64,000 nt of DNA from Candidatus Multivoradales bacterium (GTDB lineage Bacteria; Acidobacteriota; Thermoanaerobaculia; Multivoradales; JAHEKO01): contig CBDCVR010000015.1 of the NCBI GenBank assembly GCA_965223155.1, forward strand, positions 224,001 to 288,000, read 5' to 3'. Below are positions 19,918 to 34,685 of this stretch, one piece after another (position 1 is the first letter of the stretch; every line of letters begins with the position of its first letter). The notes below the pieces were generated by a model. The model searched no databases and was not told where the DNA came from. It worked only from the letters and a program-made list of their open reading frames with translations. The translations under genes and the position numbers were made by a program.

Positions 19918-20041
19918 GGCTCGATTCTACGGTGAATCGGCGCGGACCCGGCGGGCAGACGCAACGCTACGCCGCGAAAGCGGCAACCTGTGCGTCGAGG
20001 CCCAACGCCGCCGAAGAACACAGGCTAGACTTCCAGAGGTC

Positions 20042-20428
20042 ATGAGCGTCCGTCTCGACAAGTGGCTTCAGGTCGCGCGCGTGTTCAAAACGCGTAGCCA
20101 GGCCACCCGCGCCTGCACAGCCGGCCGGGTCCGGGTCGATGGCAGGCCGGCCAAGGCGCATCACAGCGTGCGGCCGGGCGAGCGCATCGACGTCGCCGCC
20201 GGCCGCGTCCGGAGGACCCTCGTCATCGTCGCCCTGGCCGAGAGGCCGCTGCCCAAAGCCGAAGCGGCCACGCTCTTCGAAGAACAAACCGAAGCCCGTC
20301 GAGTCCCGGACCGGGACACCACGGATGAAGTCGTCCCGGGATCGTTGCCGTCTGTCGGGCGCGAGCGTGGAACCGGGCGGCCGTCCAAGCGAGAACGGCG
20401 GCAGCTCGACCGGCTACGGCGCCGCTGA
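20042..20428 (+). CDS. S4-domain RNA-binding protein (Hsp15/HslR-like)
   Basis: VRLDKWL..AR.FKTRS.A at the N-terminus; C-terminal GRPSKRERR. Confidence 0.88.
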   Translation: MSVRLDKWLQVARVFKTRSQATRACTAGRVRVDGRPAKAHHSVRPGERIDVAAGRVRRTLVIVALAERPLPKAEAATLFEEQTEARRVPDRDTTDEVVPGSLPSVGRERGTGRPSKRERRQLDRLRRR

Positions 20429-21499
20429 TTCGCCCTCGCTCGCCCGGAACAAGCCTAGCTGTTCGGAGCCTCCGGGGACCAGGTTCGAGCCTCCAACCCC
20501 CAGCAGGCGGACCGGACGCCGCCCGGCCTCGGTACGCTCCAGGAGCTCGCGGGCCGTCCGCCGCAGGCGGGTCTCGTCGCGAGTGGGAACCGTCAGAGTG
20601 CGCGACCGGGTCACGGTGGTGAAGTCCGAATACCGCACCTTGATGGTCACCGTCGCTGCCGACAGCTCGCGCCGCTCGAGCCCTCCGGCAAGCTGACCGG
20701 CGAGGCGGCCGAGAACCGCTTCGATCTCGTCAAGGCGGGAAAGGTCGGCGGCGAAGGTCGTCTCCGAGCTGATGCTCTTGCGCGTGCGATCGATCCGAAC
20801 CGGACGCTCGTCCCGGCCGCGGGCATACTCGTAGAGCACGGCGCCGTAGCGGCCGAAAAGCGCTTTGAGCTCCTCCACCGTTCGTGCCCGCAGCTCGCGG
20901 ATGGTCTCGAGCCCCGCCTTCTTGAGCCGCTTCTCCCCCACCGGACCGACTCCAGGAAGTGCTCGAACGGGAAGCGGATCCAGGAACACCTGGAGCTTCT
21001 TCGGGCTCACCACGGTCAGGCCGTTGGGCTTGTCGGCGTCAGAGGCAATCTTGGCCAGGAGCTTGTTGGGAGCCACGCCGACGCTGACCGTCAGGCCCCG
21101 CTCCTCGAGGACCCGGCGGCGCAGAGCCTGAGCCAGGCGCGTGGCACTGCCAAAGTGCCGCCAGGCCTCAGAAACGTCCAGATAGGCCTCGTCGATCGAG
21201 ACCGGCTGGACCACGTCGCCAAAGCCCCGAAAGATCTCGAAGATCTTCTGCGACTCGGCCCGGTAGCGCTGGAAGTCGGGCTTGAGAAAAACAGCGTCCG
21301 GACAGAGGCGGCGCGCCCGCGCCGACGGCATCGCCGAGCGCACGCCGAACGCCCGCGCCTCGTAGCTCGCCGCGGCCACCACGCCCCGGCTCTCGGGCTT
21401 GCCGCCGATGACCACCGGCAGCCCCGCGAGCGCGGGATCGTCCCGCATGTGAACCGCCGCGTAAAAGCAGTCCATGTCGCAGTGCAGGACTTTGCGCAC
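20414..21499 (-). CDS. dinB: DNA polymerase IV
   Basis: HCDMDCFYA, ASYEAR.FGV.SAMP, SIDEAY and KIASD..KP.G. Confidence 0.93.
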   Translation of the reverse strand: MRKVLHCDMDCFYAAVHMRDDPALAGLPVVIGGKPESRGVVAAASYEARAFGVRSAMPSARARRLCPDAVFLKPDFQRYRAESQKIFEIFRGFGDVVQPVSIDEAYLDVSEAWRHFGSATRLAQALRRRVLEERGLTVSVGVAPNKLLAKIASDADKPNGLTVVSPKKLQVFLDPLPVRALPGVGPVGEKRLKKAGLETIRELRARTVEELKALFGRYGAVLYEYARGRDERPVRIDRTRKSISSETTFAADLSRLDEIEAVLGRLAGQLAGGLERRELSAATVTIKVRYSDFTTVTRSRTLTVPTRDETRLRRTARELLERTEAGRRPVRLLGVGGSNLVPGGSEQLGLFRASEGESAAP

Positions 21500-21531
21500 G
21501 TCCGGCTCCGCTTGCGCGTCGAGGTTCCGGG

Positions 21532-22944
<1,413 letters not shown>

Positions 22945-22964
22945 AGCTTCCTCACCTCGAGATT

Positions 22965-26210
<3,246 letters not shown>

Positions 26211-26224
26211 GCCGGGGCGGGAGT

Positions 26225-26452
26225 CTAGCAGCCCTGAGGCGGACGCTCGTCCGAGCCCTCGAAGCCCGTACAGGCCAGAACCGGAAGCCGCGGATACCGG
26301 GGCAACGCGGGATCGGCTGCCGAGCGCCGGCAGAGCCAGAATTCGGTTCCGTCGGCCGCCAGCAGGCGCGCGTGGCGGCAGCGGGCGCAGAGCCCCACCG
26401 GCCCGGGGCCGGACCTCTCGCCCGAACCGCTCCGCCGGCCGGAGTCCACCAC
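26225..26452 (-). CDS. Small four-Cys hypothetical protein
   Basis: [10 protein letters not shown]...[19 protein letters not shown]; looks like a Zn-binding domain. GTG start is approximate. Confidence 0.6.
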   Translation of the reverse strand: MVDSGRRSGSGERSGPGPVGLCARCRHARLLAADGTEFWLCRRSAADPALPRYPRLPVLACTGFEGSDERPPQGC

Positions 26453-26654
26453 TAAACTCTCTCCGGACGCCGTCCGTAGAACCAGTTGTAGGCCGTGTTC
26501 ACGCGGCACCCTCCGGCGCGAAGCAGGCCGTCATTCGCCGGCTGCCAACCGCCACCGACGACTCCGGTACGGCGTCTCTTCTCAAATCCCGCCGACACCT
26601 CCCGGGGGGCCTTTGGGCCCCCTCGCCCCTCCTCGCTCGGCGCGGCCGGGGAGC

Positions 26655-27929
26655 TCACTCGTAGCGCAGGGCCTCGGCGGGGCGGGTCCGACTCCCGGTG
26701 CCGGCCGGGAACCAGCAGGCCACTGCCGTCACGCCCAAGGTAAAGAAGACGATCGCCGCGACGTCCAGAAGCCGCACCCGGAACGGGACCGAGCTGACGA
26801 AATAGATTGCCGCAAGCTCGCTTTCGAAGCGCACCAGCTCGAAACGTGTAAGCGCCCAGGAAAGGCCCCATCCAGTCGCGACGCCGAGTACGAGACCGGC
26901 GGCGCCCAAGCCGCCGCCGTAGAGCAGAAAGAGCGACCGGAGCGCCCGCGGACCAAGCCCGAGGGCGGCCAGGACGCCCACGTCGCGCATGCGCTCGCGC
27001 ACCAGGACCACCAGGTTCGACGCCACGTTGAAGGTCGAGACCAGGACGATGAGCCCCAGGATCAAGAACAGCGCCAGCTTCTGGATGGCCAGGGCCGTGA
27101 AAAGCTCGCTGTTGAGTTCACGCCAGTCCACCACCAGGAAGTTGGGACCCAGGAGCGCGTCCGCGGCCTGGGCCACCTCGGTGGTGCGCGCGAGCTTGGA
27201 GACCGCGACCTCGAAGACGCTCTCGCCGACTCCGGCGCCGGCCAAAGACTCCAGACGCGAACGCTCGAGTACGACCAGCCGGCTGTCGAACTCCGAGAAC
27301 CCGGAGCGGAAGGTGCCCACCGCGGTCACCGTTTCGTAGCCAAAGCGGGGCTTGCCGGCCGCGACCCCCAGCACCATCAGTCGGAAGAGCTCGCCGCCAC
27401 CGGCATCCAACTCCTCGGCCAGCTCGGCGCCCAAGACCACGCCAGGTACTTCCGGTCGGACGCCGGAGGAACCCTCCAGAGGCTCGACCGCTCCCAGGCC
27501 GGCCACCGAATCCAGAGAGTCAACGCCGCGGAGACTGACGTCCACGGCGCGAGCTGCTTCTACACGGGTCGCGGGGGCTGCCGGGCCTGTCGGAGCTGTT
27601 GGAGCCAGGGAGCCCTGTCCGTAGCTCACCCGCCGCACCTCGTCGACGTGCTCGAGCCCGGCGAGGCGCCGCTTGAGCTCGGCGCCGTCGCCGGAGACGT
27701 CCGCAGCGCTCATCGGATAGACGAGAACCGCGGCGCTCCCACGGGTGATCTTGCCCAAGAGGTCCTCCCGGTATCCGGTCATCAAGGCCATCGCGATCAC
27801 CATGGCCGCGGTACCGATTGCGGTTCCCAGAAGAGCGGCGCGAGCGGTACCGTTGAGCAGCCGGGAGCGGCGTCCCCTGAGGAAACGGACCGCGATGCTC
27901 GCCAGGAGACCGAGTTCGTTCGAGCGCAC
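26655..27929 (-). CDS. LolC/E (FtsX-like) lipoprotein-releasing ABC permease
   Basis: One TM, a periplasmic domain, then three TMs; DWRELNSELF.AL; ends P.EALRYE. Confidence 0.85.
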   Translation of the reverse strand: MRSNELGLLASIAVRFLRGRRSRLLNGTARAALLGTAIGTAAMVIAMALMTGYREDLLGKITRGSAAVLVYPMSAADVSGDGAELKRRLAGLEHVDEVRRVSYGQGSLAPTAPTGPAAPATRVEAARAVDVSLRGVDSLDSVAGLGAVEPLEGSSGVRPEVPGVVLGAELAEELDAGGGELFRLMVLGVAAGKPRFGYETVTAVGTFRSGFSEFDSRLVVLERSRLESLAGAGVGESVFEVAVSKLARTTEVAQAADALLGPNFLVVDWRELNSELFTALAIQKLALFLILGLIVLVSTFNVASNLVVLVRERMRDVGVLAALGLGPRALRSLFLLYGGGLGAAGLVLGVATGWGLSWALTRFELVRFESELAAIYFVSSVPFRVRLLDVAAIVFFTLGVTAVACWFPAGTGSRTRPAEALRYE

Positions 27930-27936
27930 CGCCGCC

Positions 27937-29046
27937 TCAGGCCGACCGCAAGTCGGTCAAGAACCGATCGAACAGGTCCTCGGCATCCCGGGGTCCCGGC
28001 GCCGCTTCGGGATGGTACTGGGCAGACAGTACCGGCAGATCCTCGACCACAAATGCCTCCACTGTGCCGTCGTGGAGGTTCACTTGGTTCACCCGGCAGT
28101 TAGCCGGCAGGCTCTCGCCATCGACAGCGAAACCATGGTTCTGGCTGGTGATCAGAATCTCGCCGCTATCCAGATCGCGCACCGACTGGTTGCCGCCGTG
28201 GTGCCCGTACTTCAGCTTGAAGGTCTTGCCGCCAACCGCCAACCCGAGAAGCTGATGGCCGAGGCAGATCCCGAAGACCGGCGTCCGGTGCTCCAGAAGC
28301 TTTCGAATTTGCTCGACGATACCGGTCAGCGGTTCCGGATCCCCAGGGCCGTTCGACAGCACGACACCGTCGACCCCAGCCCCAAGCACTTCTTCGGCGG
28401 TAGCGCGGGCCGGGAACACCGTCAGCCTGGCGCCGCGGTCCGAGAGGTTGCGCAGGATGTTGGACTTCACACCGAAGTCCAGGACTCCCAGATGCAGGTC
28501 GGCCGCGATCCCGGCCGAAGGTTCCACCTGGAACGCGGCCTCGCAAGTCACCTCGTCCACCAGCGCCCGTCCCTCCATCGGCGGATGCGCGTCTAAACGG
28601 GCCCGCAGGGCATCCAGATCACCGTCGAAAGCCGAACCGGCCGCCAGCACTCCTCGGAGGGCACCGTGGTCACGCAGCCTGCGGACCACCGCCCGGGTGT
28701 CGAGTCCGTCCAGGGCGGGAATCCCGTGCCGCTCAAGATACTGAAGCAACTCTTCTTCGCTGGCGTGACTCGAGGCGCGGGCGGTGAAGTCCCGGGCCAG
28801 GAATCCCTCCACCCAAGGCCGGGCCGACTCCGCGAGGTCTTCGGCGACGCCGTAGTTGCCGATGTGCGGCATGGTCATGGTCACGATCTGGCCTCGATAG
28901 GAGGGATCGGTGAGGATCTCCTGGTACCCGGTCATCGAAGTGTTGAAGACCACCTCACCGCAGCGGAGGCCGTCGGAAACCGCCCGCCCGAAGAACGCGG
29001 AACCGTCCTCCAGGAGAAGAACGCCGCGCCGGTCGGGGCCGATCAC
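27937..29046 (-). CDS. carA: Carbamoyl-phosphate synthase small subunit
   Basis: GEVVFNTSMTGYQE, SNGPGDP, GICLGHQ and QYHPEA. GTG start overlaps the aroF stop. Confidence 0.95.
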   Translation of the reverse strand: MIGPDRRGVLLLEDGSAFFGRAVSDGLRCGEVVFNTSMTGYQEILTDPSYRGQIVTMTMPHIGNYGVAEDLAESARPWVEGFLARDFTARASSHASEEELLQYLERHGIPALDGLDTRAVVRRLRDHGALRGVLAAGSAFDGDLDALRARLDAHPPMEGRALVDEVTCEAAFQVEPSAGIAADLHLGVLDFGVKSNILRNLSDRGARLTVFPARATAEEVLGAGVDGVVLSNGPGDPEPLTGIVEQIRKLLEHRTPVFGICLGHQLLGLAVGGKTFKLKYGHHGGNQSVRDLDSGEILITSQNHGFAVDGESLPANCRVNQVNLHDGTVEAFVVEDLPVLSAQYHPEAAPGPRDAEDLFDRFLTDLRSA

Positions 29047-30077
29047 TTGGGGGCTGGAACGGTCGGCAGCCCGCGATCGACCGCGGGGGCCAGTTCGTGA
29101 AGCGACCGCATGAGCTCGGTGAACTCTCCCGGAAGGAGGGCCTGATTCCCGTCCGAAAGTGCCGCTTCTGGGGCGTCGTGAACCTCGATCAGCAGGCCGT
29201 CGGCGCCGGCGGCTATCGCCGCCCGGGCCAGGGGCGGGACCTTGTCGCGCCGGCCAGCGGCATGGCTGGGATCGGCGATCATCGGCAGATGACTGATGGC
29301 TTTGACCGCAGGAATAGAGGCCACGTCTAAGGTGTTGCGGGTATGGTCCGCGAAGGTCCGAATCCCGCGCTCGCACAAGATCACCTGCTCGTTGCCCTGG
29401 TCCAGGATGTACTCTGCGGCCAGCAGCAACTCGGTCACGGTGGCGTTGAGCCCGCGCTTGAGCAGGATCGGCCGGCCGCACCTCCCGGCCCTCTTCAGCA
29501 GGGTGAAATTCTGCATGTTGCGGGCACCGATCTGGACCACGTCTGCGAACTCGGCGACCTCGTCCAGGACGTCGATGTCGAGAGCCTCGGTCACCACCGG
29601 CAATCCGGTCTCGTCGCGAACCCGCGCCAGGATGCGCAGTCCTTCGGCGCCCAAGCCCTGAAAACTGTACGGACTCGTCCTGGGCTTGTAGGCGCCGCCG
29701 CGCAAGAGGCGGGCTCCGGCTTTCTGCACGGCCTGGGCGATCCCGAGGGTCTGCTCGTAGCTCTCGACCGAGCACGGCCCGGCCATAATTACGAGGTTGC
29801 CGCCCCCGATCTCGACGTCGCCGACCCGAAACACGGAATCTTCGGCCCGGAACTCGCGCGAGACCAACTTGTACGGATGGCTGACCTGGATGACTTCCAG
29901 AACGCCCGGAAGATCCTGGAACAAGGCCGGCTCGACGACGCCGATGTTGCCCGTAATGCCGATCGCGGTTCGTTGCGCGCCGGAGATCGGATGCGCCTTG
30001 AGGCCGCGCTTCTCGACGGCGTCGACCACCGTCCGGATCTCGCCGGCGCCGGCATCCATCTTCATGACAATCAGCAT
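29043..30077 (-). CDS. aroF: DAHP synthase class I-beta with N-terminal ACT-like regulatory domain
   Basis: AGPCSVE, GAYKPRTSPYSFQG, QIGARNMQN and DPSH. Confidence 0.92.
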   Translation of the reverse strand: MLIVMKMDAGAGEIRTVVDAVEKRGLKAHPISGAQRTAIGITGNIGVVEPALFQDLPGVLEVIQVSHPYKLVSREFRAEDSVFRVGDVEIGGGNLVIMAGPCSVESYEQTLGIAQAVQKAGARLLRGGAYKPRTSPYSFQGLGAEGLRILARVRDETGLPVVTEALDIDVLDEVAEFADVVQIGARNMQNFTLLKRAGRCGRPILLKRGLNATVTELLLAAEYILDQGNEQVILCERGIRTFADHTRNTLDVASIPAVKAISHLPMIADPSHAAGRRDKVPPLARAAIAAGADGLLIEVHDAPEAALSDGNQALLPGEFTELMRSLHELAPAVDRGLPTVPAPK

Positions 30078-30236
30078 GACTCTGGCCTTTCGAGCGGCCG
30101 GCTGGTACCGGCGGCGCGATATGATACCAACTGCGGCCGGCACCGCCGAGCCACGGCAGAACCACTACCGAACGGCCACGCAACCACAACCCGACCGCCA
30201 CCCGGCGAATCGTTCCGGCCGAACAGGAGACCTAGA

Positions 30237-31058
30237 ATGAGCATCCCACACCGCTTCGCGGCCCGAACTCGCCGGTTTCGCCGGCTCCGAGTCGCCTGGC
30301 TCGCTCTGGCGGTAGCCGCGCTCCTGGCCGGAGCCTCGCCCGCCACGGCCTACACCGTCTACCTCAAGGACGGCAGCCAGCTCATCACCCGCGGCGCGCC
30401 CAGCCTGGAAGGCGATCAGGCCATCATCATCCTGCAGAACGGGACCCGTACTTCGATCTCGGCGGCCGAGATCGATTTCGCCCGCACCCGCGAGGCCAAC
30501 AAGACCGATCTGGGCTCGGCCCTGGTGCTGGAAGACGGGGAGTTCACCACGCAAACCAAGGACGAGCCGATCGGAGTCCGGCAGGAGACCCTGTCCGAAG
30601 TTGCCGGCCGCACCCGCCGGACCCGCGCCACCAACCGCGCACCAGTTGAGCGTCCGGAACCCCAGGCTACGGCGCCAAGCGTGGGCGTCGTGGATCTCTT
30701 CACCACGCCACGCGCCCAGTTTCGAAACCTGGCGGTGCTCGAGCCGATCCAGAGTGCCTTCTCGAGCCAGGGTGCCGGACAGGTCAAGGTCTACCAGGGA
30801 ACCGCACCGAACCGGGTCCTCCTGGAAGTCACGACCAATTCCGAGGCGGCGGTCTTCCGGAGCATCCGGGTCGCGGCCGGTGCGCTGACTCATCTTCGGT
30901 CGAACGGCGGTGCCTCGATCGCAGCCTTTGAGCTGGCACTCCAGACTGAGAGCCGGCACCGGGCCGGACAGTTCCTGCTCGAGCCCGGCGTCGCCCGGGC
31001 AATCGTCGCCGGCGATCTCGAGATCTCCGAGTTCTTCGTCCGCTACGTCCGCTTCTAG
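30237..31058 (+). CDS. Exported hypothetical protein
   Basis: AGGAG SD; Arg-rich signal peptide (ATA|YTVYLKDGS). Confidence 0.7.
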   Translation: MSIPHRFAARTRRFRRLRVAWLALAVAALLAGASPATAYTVYLKDGSQLITRGAPSLEGDQAIIILQNGTRTSISAAEIDFARTREANKTDLGSALVLEDGEFTTQTKDEPIGVRQETLSEVAGRTRRTRATNRAPVERPEPQATAPSVGVVDLFTTPRAQFRNLAVLEPIQSAFSSQGAGQVKVYQGTAPNRVLLEVTTNSEAAVFRSIRVAAGALTHLRSNGGASIAAFELALQTESRHRAGQFLLEPGVARAIVAGDLEISEFFVRYVRF

Positions 31059-31113
31059 CTATCCCGCCGGCTCGGCGCGGGTGGCCCGGACGGGGCCGGT
31101 TCCCACGACCAGC

Positions 31114-31446
31114 CTAGTTGGGTGGCGGCCCCGCATCTTCGACGCCGGTCAGGAAATCGCTCACCGAAGCTCCCACGGTCCGCTCGAAGCGCTGGCTGTA
31201 GCTCTCGACCTCGCCGACCTGCTCGTCCAGAAAGATCCGTTCGACCCGGAACATCGGGACGAAGGTCGTGGTCAGACCCAGGCTGGGCTTCTCGCCACCC
31301 GAAACCTCGAGCATCCAGTCGTCGAAGGCGGCCAGATTGATGCCCCGCAGGACGACACCTGAGCCGTCGATCCGCGCGAGGAGACCCCAAGCCTTTTCCG
31401 TGGGGTTGACCATGTGCACCACGACGACCGAGCCGGCGGAGATCAT
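31114..31446 (-). CDS. Hypothetical protein
   Basis: GAGGAG SD; 3 bp after mce; globular composition. Confidence 0.7.
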   Translation of the reverse strand: MISAGSVVVVHMVNPTEKAWGLLARIDGSGVVLRGINLAAFDDWMLEVSGGEKPSLGLTTTFVPMFRVERIFLDEQVGEVESYSQRFERTVGASVSDFLTGVEDAGPPPN

Positions 31447-31449
31447 TCT

Positions 31450-31881
31450 CTACTCCTCTTCTCCACCGGTCTCGCCCTTGGCCTCGCCGCGCTGAGAAAG
31501 CTCGATCAAGACCCCTGAGGCGCTGCGCGGATGCACAAACTGGATCCAGCACCCGCCGGCGCCGCGGGTCGGCTCGGGCCGCAACACCGAGAAATCCCGG
31601 GCGCGCAGAGCCGAGTCGGCGCCGGCTACGTCGGTCGTGGCCAAGCAAAGGTGATGCAGGCCGGGGCCCCGGCGATCCAAGAAGCGCCGGATGGGAGAGT
31701 CCTCGGTCGTCGCCTCGAGCAGTTCGATCTTGCTCTCCCCGACCGGGATCATCGCCACGCGCACGCCTTCGGCTTCGACCTCTTCGATCTCGGCCACCGT
31801 CAGGCCCAGGGCCTCATAGAAAACCCTGGCCTCATCAATCGATTCGACCGCGATGCCGACGTGGTCGACGCACTCGATCAT
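31450..31881 (-). CDS. mce: Methylmalonyl-CoA epimerase
   Basis: DHVGIAV, IELLE, GLHHLC, FVHP and GVLIEL. Confidence 0.92.
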   Translation of the reverse strand: MIECVDHVGIAVESIDEARVFYEALGLTVAEIEEVEAEGVRVAMIPVGESKIELLEATTEDSPIRRFLDRRGPGLHHLCLATTDVAGADSALRARDFSVLRPEPTRGAGGCWIQFVHPRSASGVLIELSQRGEAKGETGGEEE

Positions 31882-32864
31882 GAGCCGCCTTCCCCTCGGT
31901 TCACGACACCCTCGAACAGGCGCTCGGCGATGGCATAGGGGTCGCGGCCGGCGGCGAAGCCCTCCGCGACCTCCACGTCCAGACCCAGGGCGCGGTCGGC
32001 CACAGCCAGCACCCGCTCCTTCAACAGGTTCTGGACCCGGAGCCGCAGGTGCTCCTGACGCCGCTCGGCGAGGGTACCCGTCTCCCGCAACCAGCGGCGG
32101 TGGGACCGGATCTCCGCCAGAACCCCGTCGATGCCTTCTCCCCGGCTGGCCACGGCGCGCAAGATCGTGGGCCGGCGCCGGCTCGGATCTCCCATCGAGA
32201 TCATGAGCTCCAGGTCCCGCTCGGTGCGGTCGACTCCGTCGCGATCCGCCTTGTTGACGACAAAGACGTCCGCGATCTCCATGATGCCGGCCTTGATCGC
32301 CTGGATGTCATCACCCAGGCCGGGCACCGTAATGACGATCACCGTCTCCACGCACCGGACGATGTCGACCTCGTCCTGACCCACGCCGACGGTCTCGACA
32401 CAGATCCAATCAAAGCCGGCCGCGTCCAGGACGTCGACCACGTCGTGGGTGGCGGGCGCCAGCCCCCCCATGGCTCCACGGGTGGCCATCGAGCGAATGA
32501 AGACGCCCCGGTCCGTGTAGTGCTTCTGCATGCGGACCCGGTCGCCCAGGATCGCCCCGCCCGAAAACGGGCTCGTTGGATCGATGGCTACGACCGCCAC
32601 CGAGTCTCCGCCTTCCCGGATCCGACCGATCAGCCGGTCCACCACGGTGCTCTTGCCGGCTCCCGGCGGACCGGTGACCCCGAGGACCCGAGCCTTGCCG
32701 ACGCGTGGGTAGAGAGCTGCGATCAACCGCCGGCCGCGCTTGCCCCGGGCCTCAGCCACAGAGATGGCCCGAGCCAGGGCTCTCGGGCTCCGCTCCAGCA
32801 CGCCGCGAATCAGCGCTTCGTCGTCTCCAAGCGAGGCGCAGGGGCTCGAAGCCGCTTCAGCCAT
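31878..32864 (-). CDS. meaB: Methylmalonyl-CoA mutase-associated GTPase
   Basis: GPPGAGKST, DPTSPFSGGAILGDR.RM, ETVGVGQ and NKAD. Confidence 0.92.
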   Translation of the reverse strand: MAEAASSPCASLGDDEALIRGVLERSPRALARAISVAEARGKRGRRLIAALYPRVGKARVLGVTGPPGAGKSTVVDRLIGRIREGGDSVAVVAIDPTSPFSGGAILGDRVRMQKHYTDRGVFIRSMATRGAMGGLAPATHDVVDVLDAAGFDWICVETVGVGQDEVDIVRCVETVIVITVPGLGDDIQAIKAGIMEIADVFVVNKADRDGVDRTERDLELMISMGDPSRRRPTILRAVASRGEGIDGVLAEIRSHRRWLRETGTLAERRQEHLRLRVQNLLKERVLAVADRALGLDVEVAEGFAAGRDPYAIAERLFEGVVNRGEGGS

Positions 32865-32983
32865 GGGCGCTCCCGGCCAGGGCCGCAAGGACCCAAGGCG
32901 CCGCGTCCGCCGGTCTCCCACGGTCCCGGCGGCTGCAGGTTCCGTCCAGGAGGCCGCGCCCCGGCAGCGGCAAGACCGGGCGC

Positions 32984-34177
32984 CTAGGAGGCGCCTTCGC
33001 GGAAGAGCTGGCGTGCGATGACGAGTCGCTGAATCTCACTCGTGCCCTCACCGATCGTGCAGATCTTGCAATCGCGATAGAACTTCTCGGCACGATATTC
33101 CTTGATGTAGCCGTAGCCGCCGTGGATCTGGACACCGCGCTCGGCGCAGAAGACGGCCGCCTCGCCGGCCAGCAGCTTGGCCTCGGCCGCAAGCCGGGTG
33201 ACTCCTCCGCCAGCGTCTATGCGGGCGGCCGCCGCCAGGGTCAGGGTCTCGGCGGCGGCGCACCGGGTGGCCATCTCCGCCAGGTGGAACTGAATCGCCT
33301 GGAAGCGCGCGATGGGCTTGCCGAACTGCTCGCGCTCTTTGGCATAGGCAAGCGCGGTCTTGTACGCGCCCCAGGCCGTGCCGACGCCCAGAGCCGCAAT
33401 CGAAATGCGCCCGCCGTCCAGGATCTTGAGCGCCTGGATGAAGCCGTCGCCACGCTCGCCCAGCAAGTGGCCGTCCGAAACAAGGCAGTCCTCAAGAATG
33501 ACCTCCGAGGTGTCGGAGGCCCGGCTGCCCAGTTTGTCTTCCTTCTTGCCCGGCCGGAAGCCGTCCATGCCGCGCTCGACAACGAAGGCCGAGATGTTGT
33601 GGTGCTGGGGTCCGTCCGGATCGGTCACCGCCAGGACGACACAAAGATCGCCGACCGAGCCGTGGGTAATGAAGGTCTTCGAGCCGTTTAGCACCCAGCC
33701 GCCATCGACCTTCTCGGCGCGGGTCCGGGTGCCGGCCGCGTCCGAGCCCGCTCCGGGCTCGGTCAGACCCCAGGCCGCGATCTTGCGGCCCGCCGCCAGG
33801 TCAGGAACCCAGCGCCGGATCTGGTCCTCGGTGCCGAACTTCAGGATGTGGTTGGTCCCGAGTGAGTTGTGGGCGGCGACACTCAGGCCGATCGACGGGT
33901 CAACCTGGGAGATCTCGCTCACGACCAGGACATAGTCCACGTATCCGAGCCCGGCGCCACCGTACTCCTCCGGCACCAACACGCCCAGGAAGCCCAGCTC
34001 GCCGGCCTTGGCGAACTCCGCTTTGGGAAATCGCTGCGCCTCGTCGATCTCCTCGACGATGGGATCGAGCTCTTTGGCCGCAAACTCGCGCGCCAGCTGC
34101 TGAACCGCGCGCTGCTCGTCGGTGAGAGCGAAATCGAGCGTTTCGAGAGCGCTGGAGGTGGCTTCAGCTACAGTCAT
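32984..34177 (-). CDS. Acyl-CoA dehydrogenase (short/branched-chain type)
   Basis: LTEPGAGSD, NGSKTFIT, GRISIA, REQFGK, QIHGGYGY and IGEGTSEIQ. Confidence 0.92.
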   Translation of the reverse strand: MTVAEATSSALETLDFALTDEQRAVQQLAREFAAKELDPIVEEIDEAQRFPKAEFAKAGELGFLGVLVPEEYGGAGLGYVDYVLVVSEISQVDPSIGLSVAAHNSLGTNHILKFGTEDQIRRWVPDLAAGRKIAAWGLTEPGAGSDAAGTRTRAEKVDGGWVLNGSKTFITHGSVGDLCVVLAVTDPDGPQHHNISAFVVERGMDGFRPGKKEDKLGSRASDTSEVILEDCLVSDGHLLGERGDGFIQALKILDGGRISIAALGVGTAWGAYKTALAYAKEREQFGKPIARFQAIQFHLAEMATRCAAAETLTLAAAARIDAGGGVTRLAAEAKLLAGEAAVFCAERGVQIHGGYGYIKEYRAEKFYRDCKICTIGEGTSEIQRLVIARQLFREGAS

Positions 34178-34685
34178 GGGCGTGAGCAATCAGGCAAGTC
34201 GGCAACGGCAGAGTATCACGCGCAAATCGTCCTCCCGAGCGCTTGCTGCTCTCCTCGCCGGCGCCCTCTCGGGCCTCGCGTGCGCCGACGTGCCCACGGC
34301 CGAAGGGCCTCTGCGGCCTCTGCGGCCTCTGATAGTCCCCGCGCTGGACGCTCCGATCCTCTGGATCGAAGTGCGAAATGTTCCTGGCGGTCCCTTGTGG
34401 CGCATCGAAGGCGATCCTCCGAGCCGGCTCGAGCATGTTCCTCTGGGCCACGTGCCACCTGGCTACCGTCAGGTCGTACCTCCCTCCCAGCCACCGCGGG
34501 CCTTCGAGCCAGGAGAGCGCCTGACCGTGATCATCGGTCTTCCCGGACTGATCTTCGAGCAAGACGGCTGGGCCGACAGCCCTGGAACGATCGCCGTGGT
34601 CGAGCAGCGCAAGCGGATACTGCCCGCCGGCGTCAGCGAACTCGAACCGGAAACCGAAGTCGTCAGGCCGGGTGCGAGTAACTGA
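34176..34685 (+). CDS. Putative lipoprotein (start uncertain)
   Basis: Lipobox-like ALSGLAC; fills the gap between flanking genes. Confidence 0.45.
   Translation: MGVSNQASRQRQSITRKSSSRALAALLAGALSGLACADVPTAEGPLRPLRPLIVPALDAPILWIEVRNVPGGPLWRIEGDPPSRLEHVPLGHVPPGYRQVVPPSQPPRAFEPGERLTVIIGLPGLIFEQDGWADSPGTIAVVEQRKRILPAGVSELEPETEVVRPGASN

Noticed and set aside
26604-26622. GGGGGCC-TTT-GGGCCCCC hairpin as a REP element or terminator
   Set aside because: Only one copy seen in the window and no U tract, so there is too little support.
29047-30201. 754-aa extended CarA and other long alternative-frame ORFs (e.g. 37615-39516, 54232-55902, 7905-9395)
   Set aside because: Stop-poor shadow frames typical of high-GC DNA that overlap well-supported genes.
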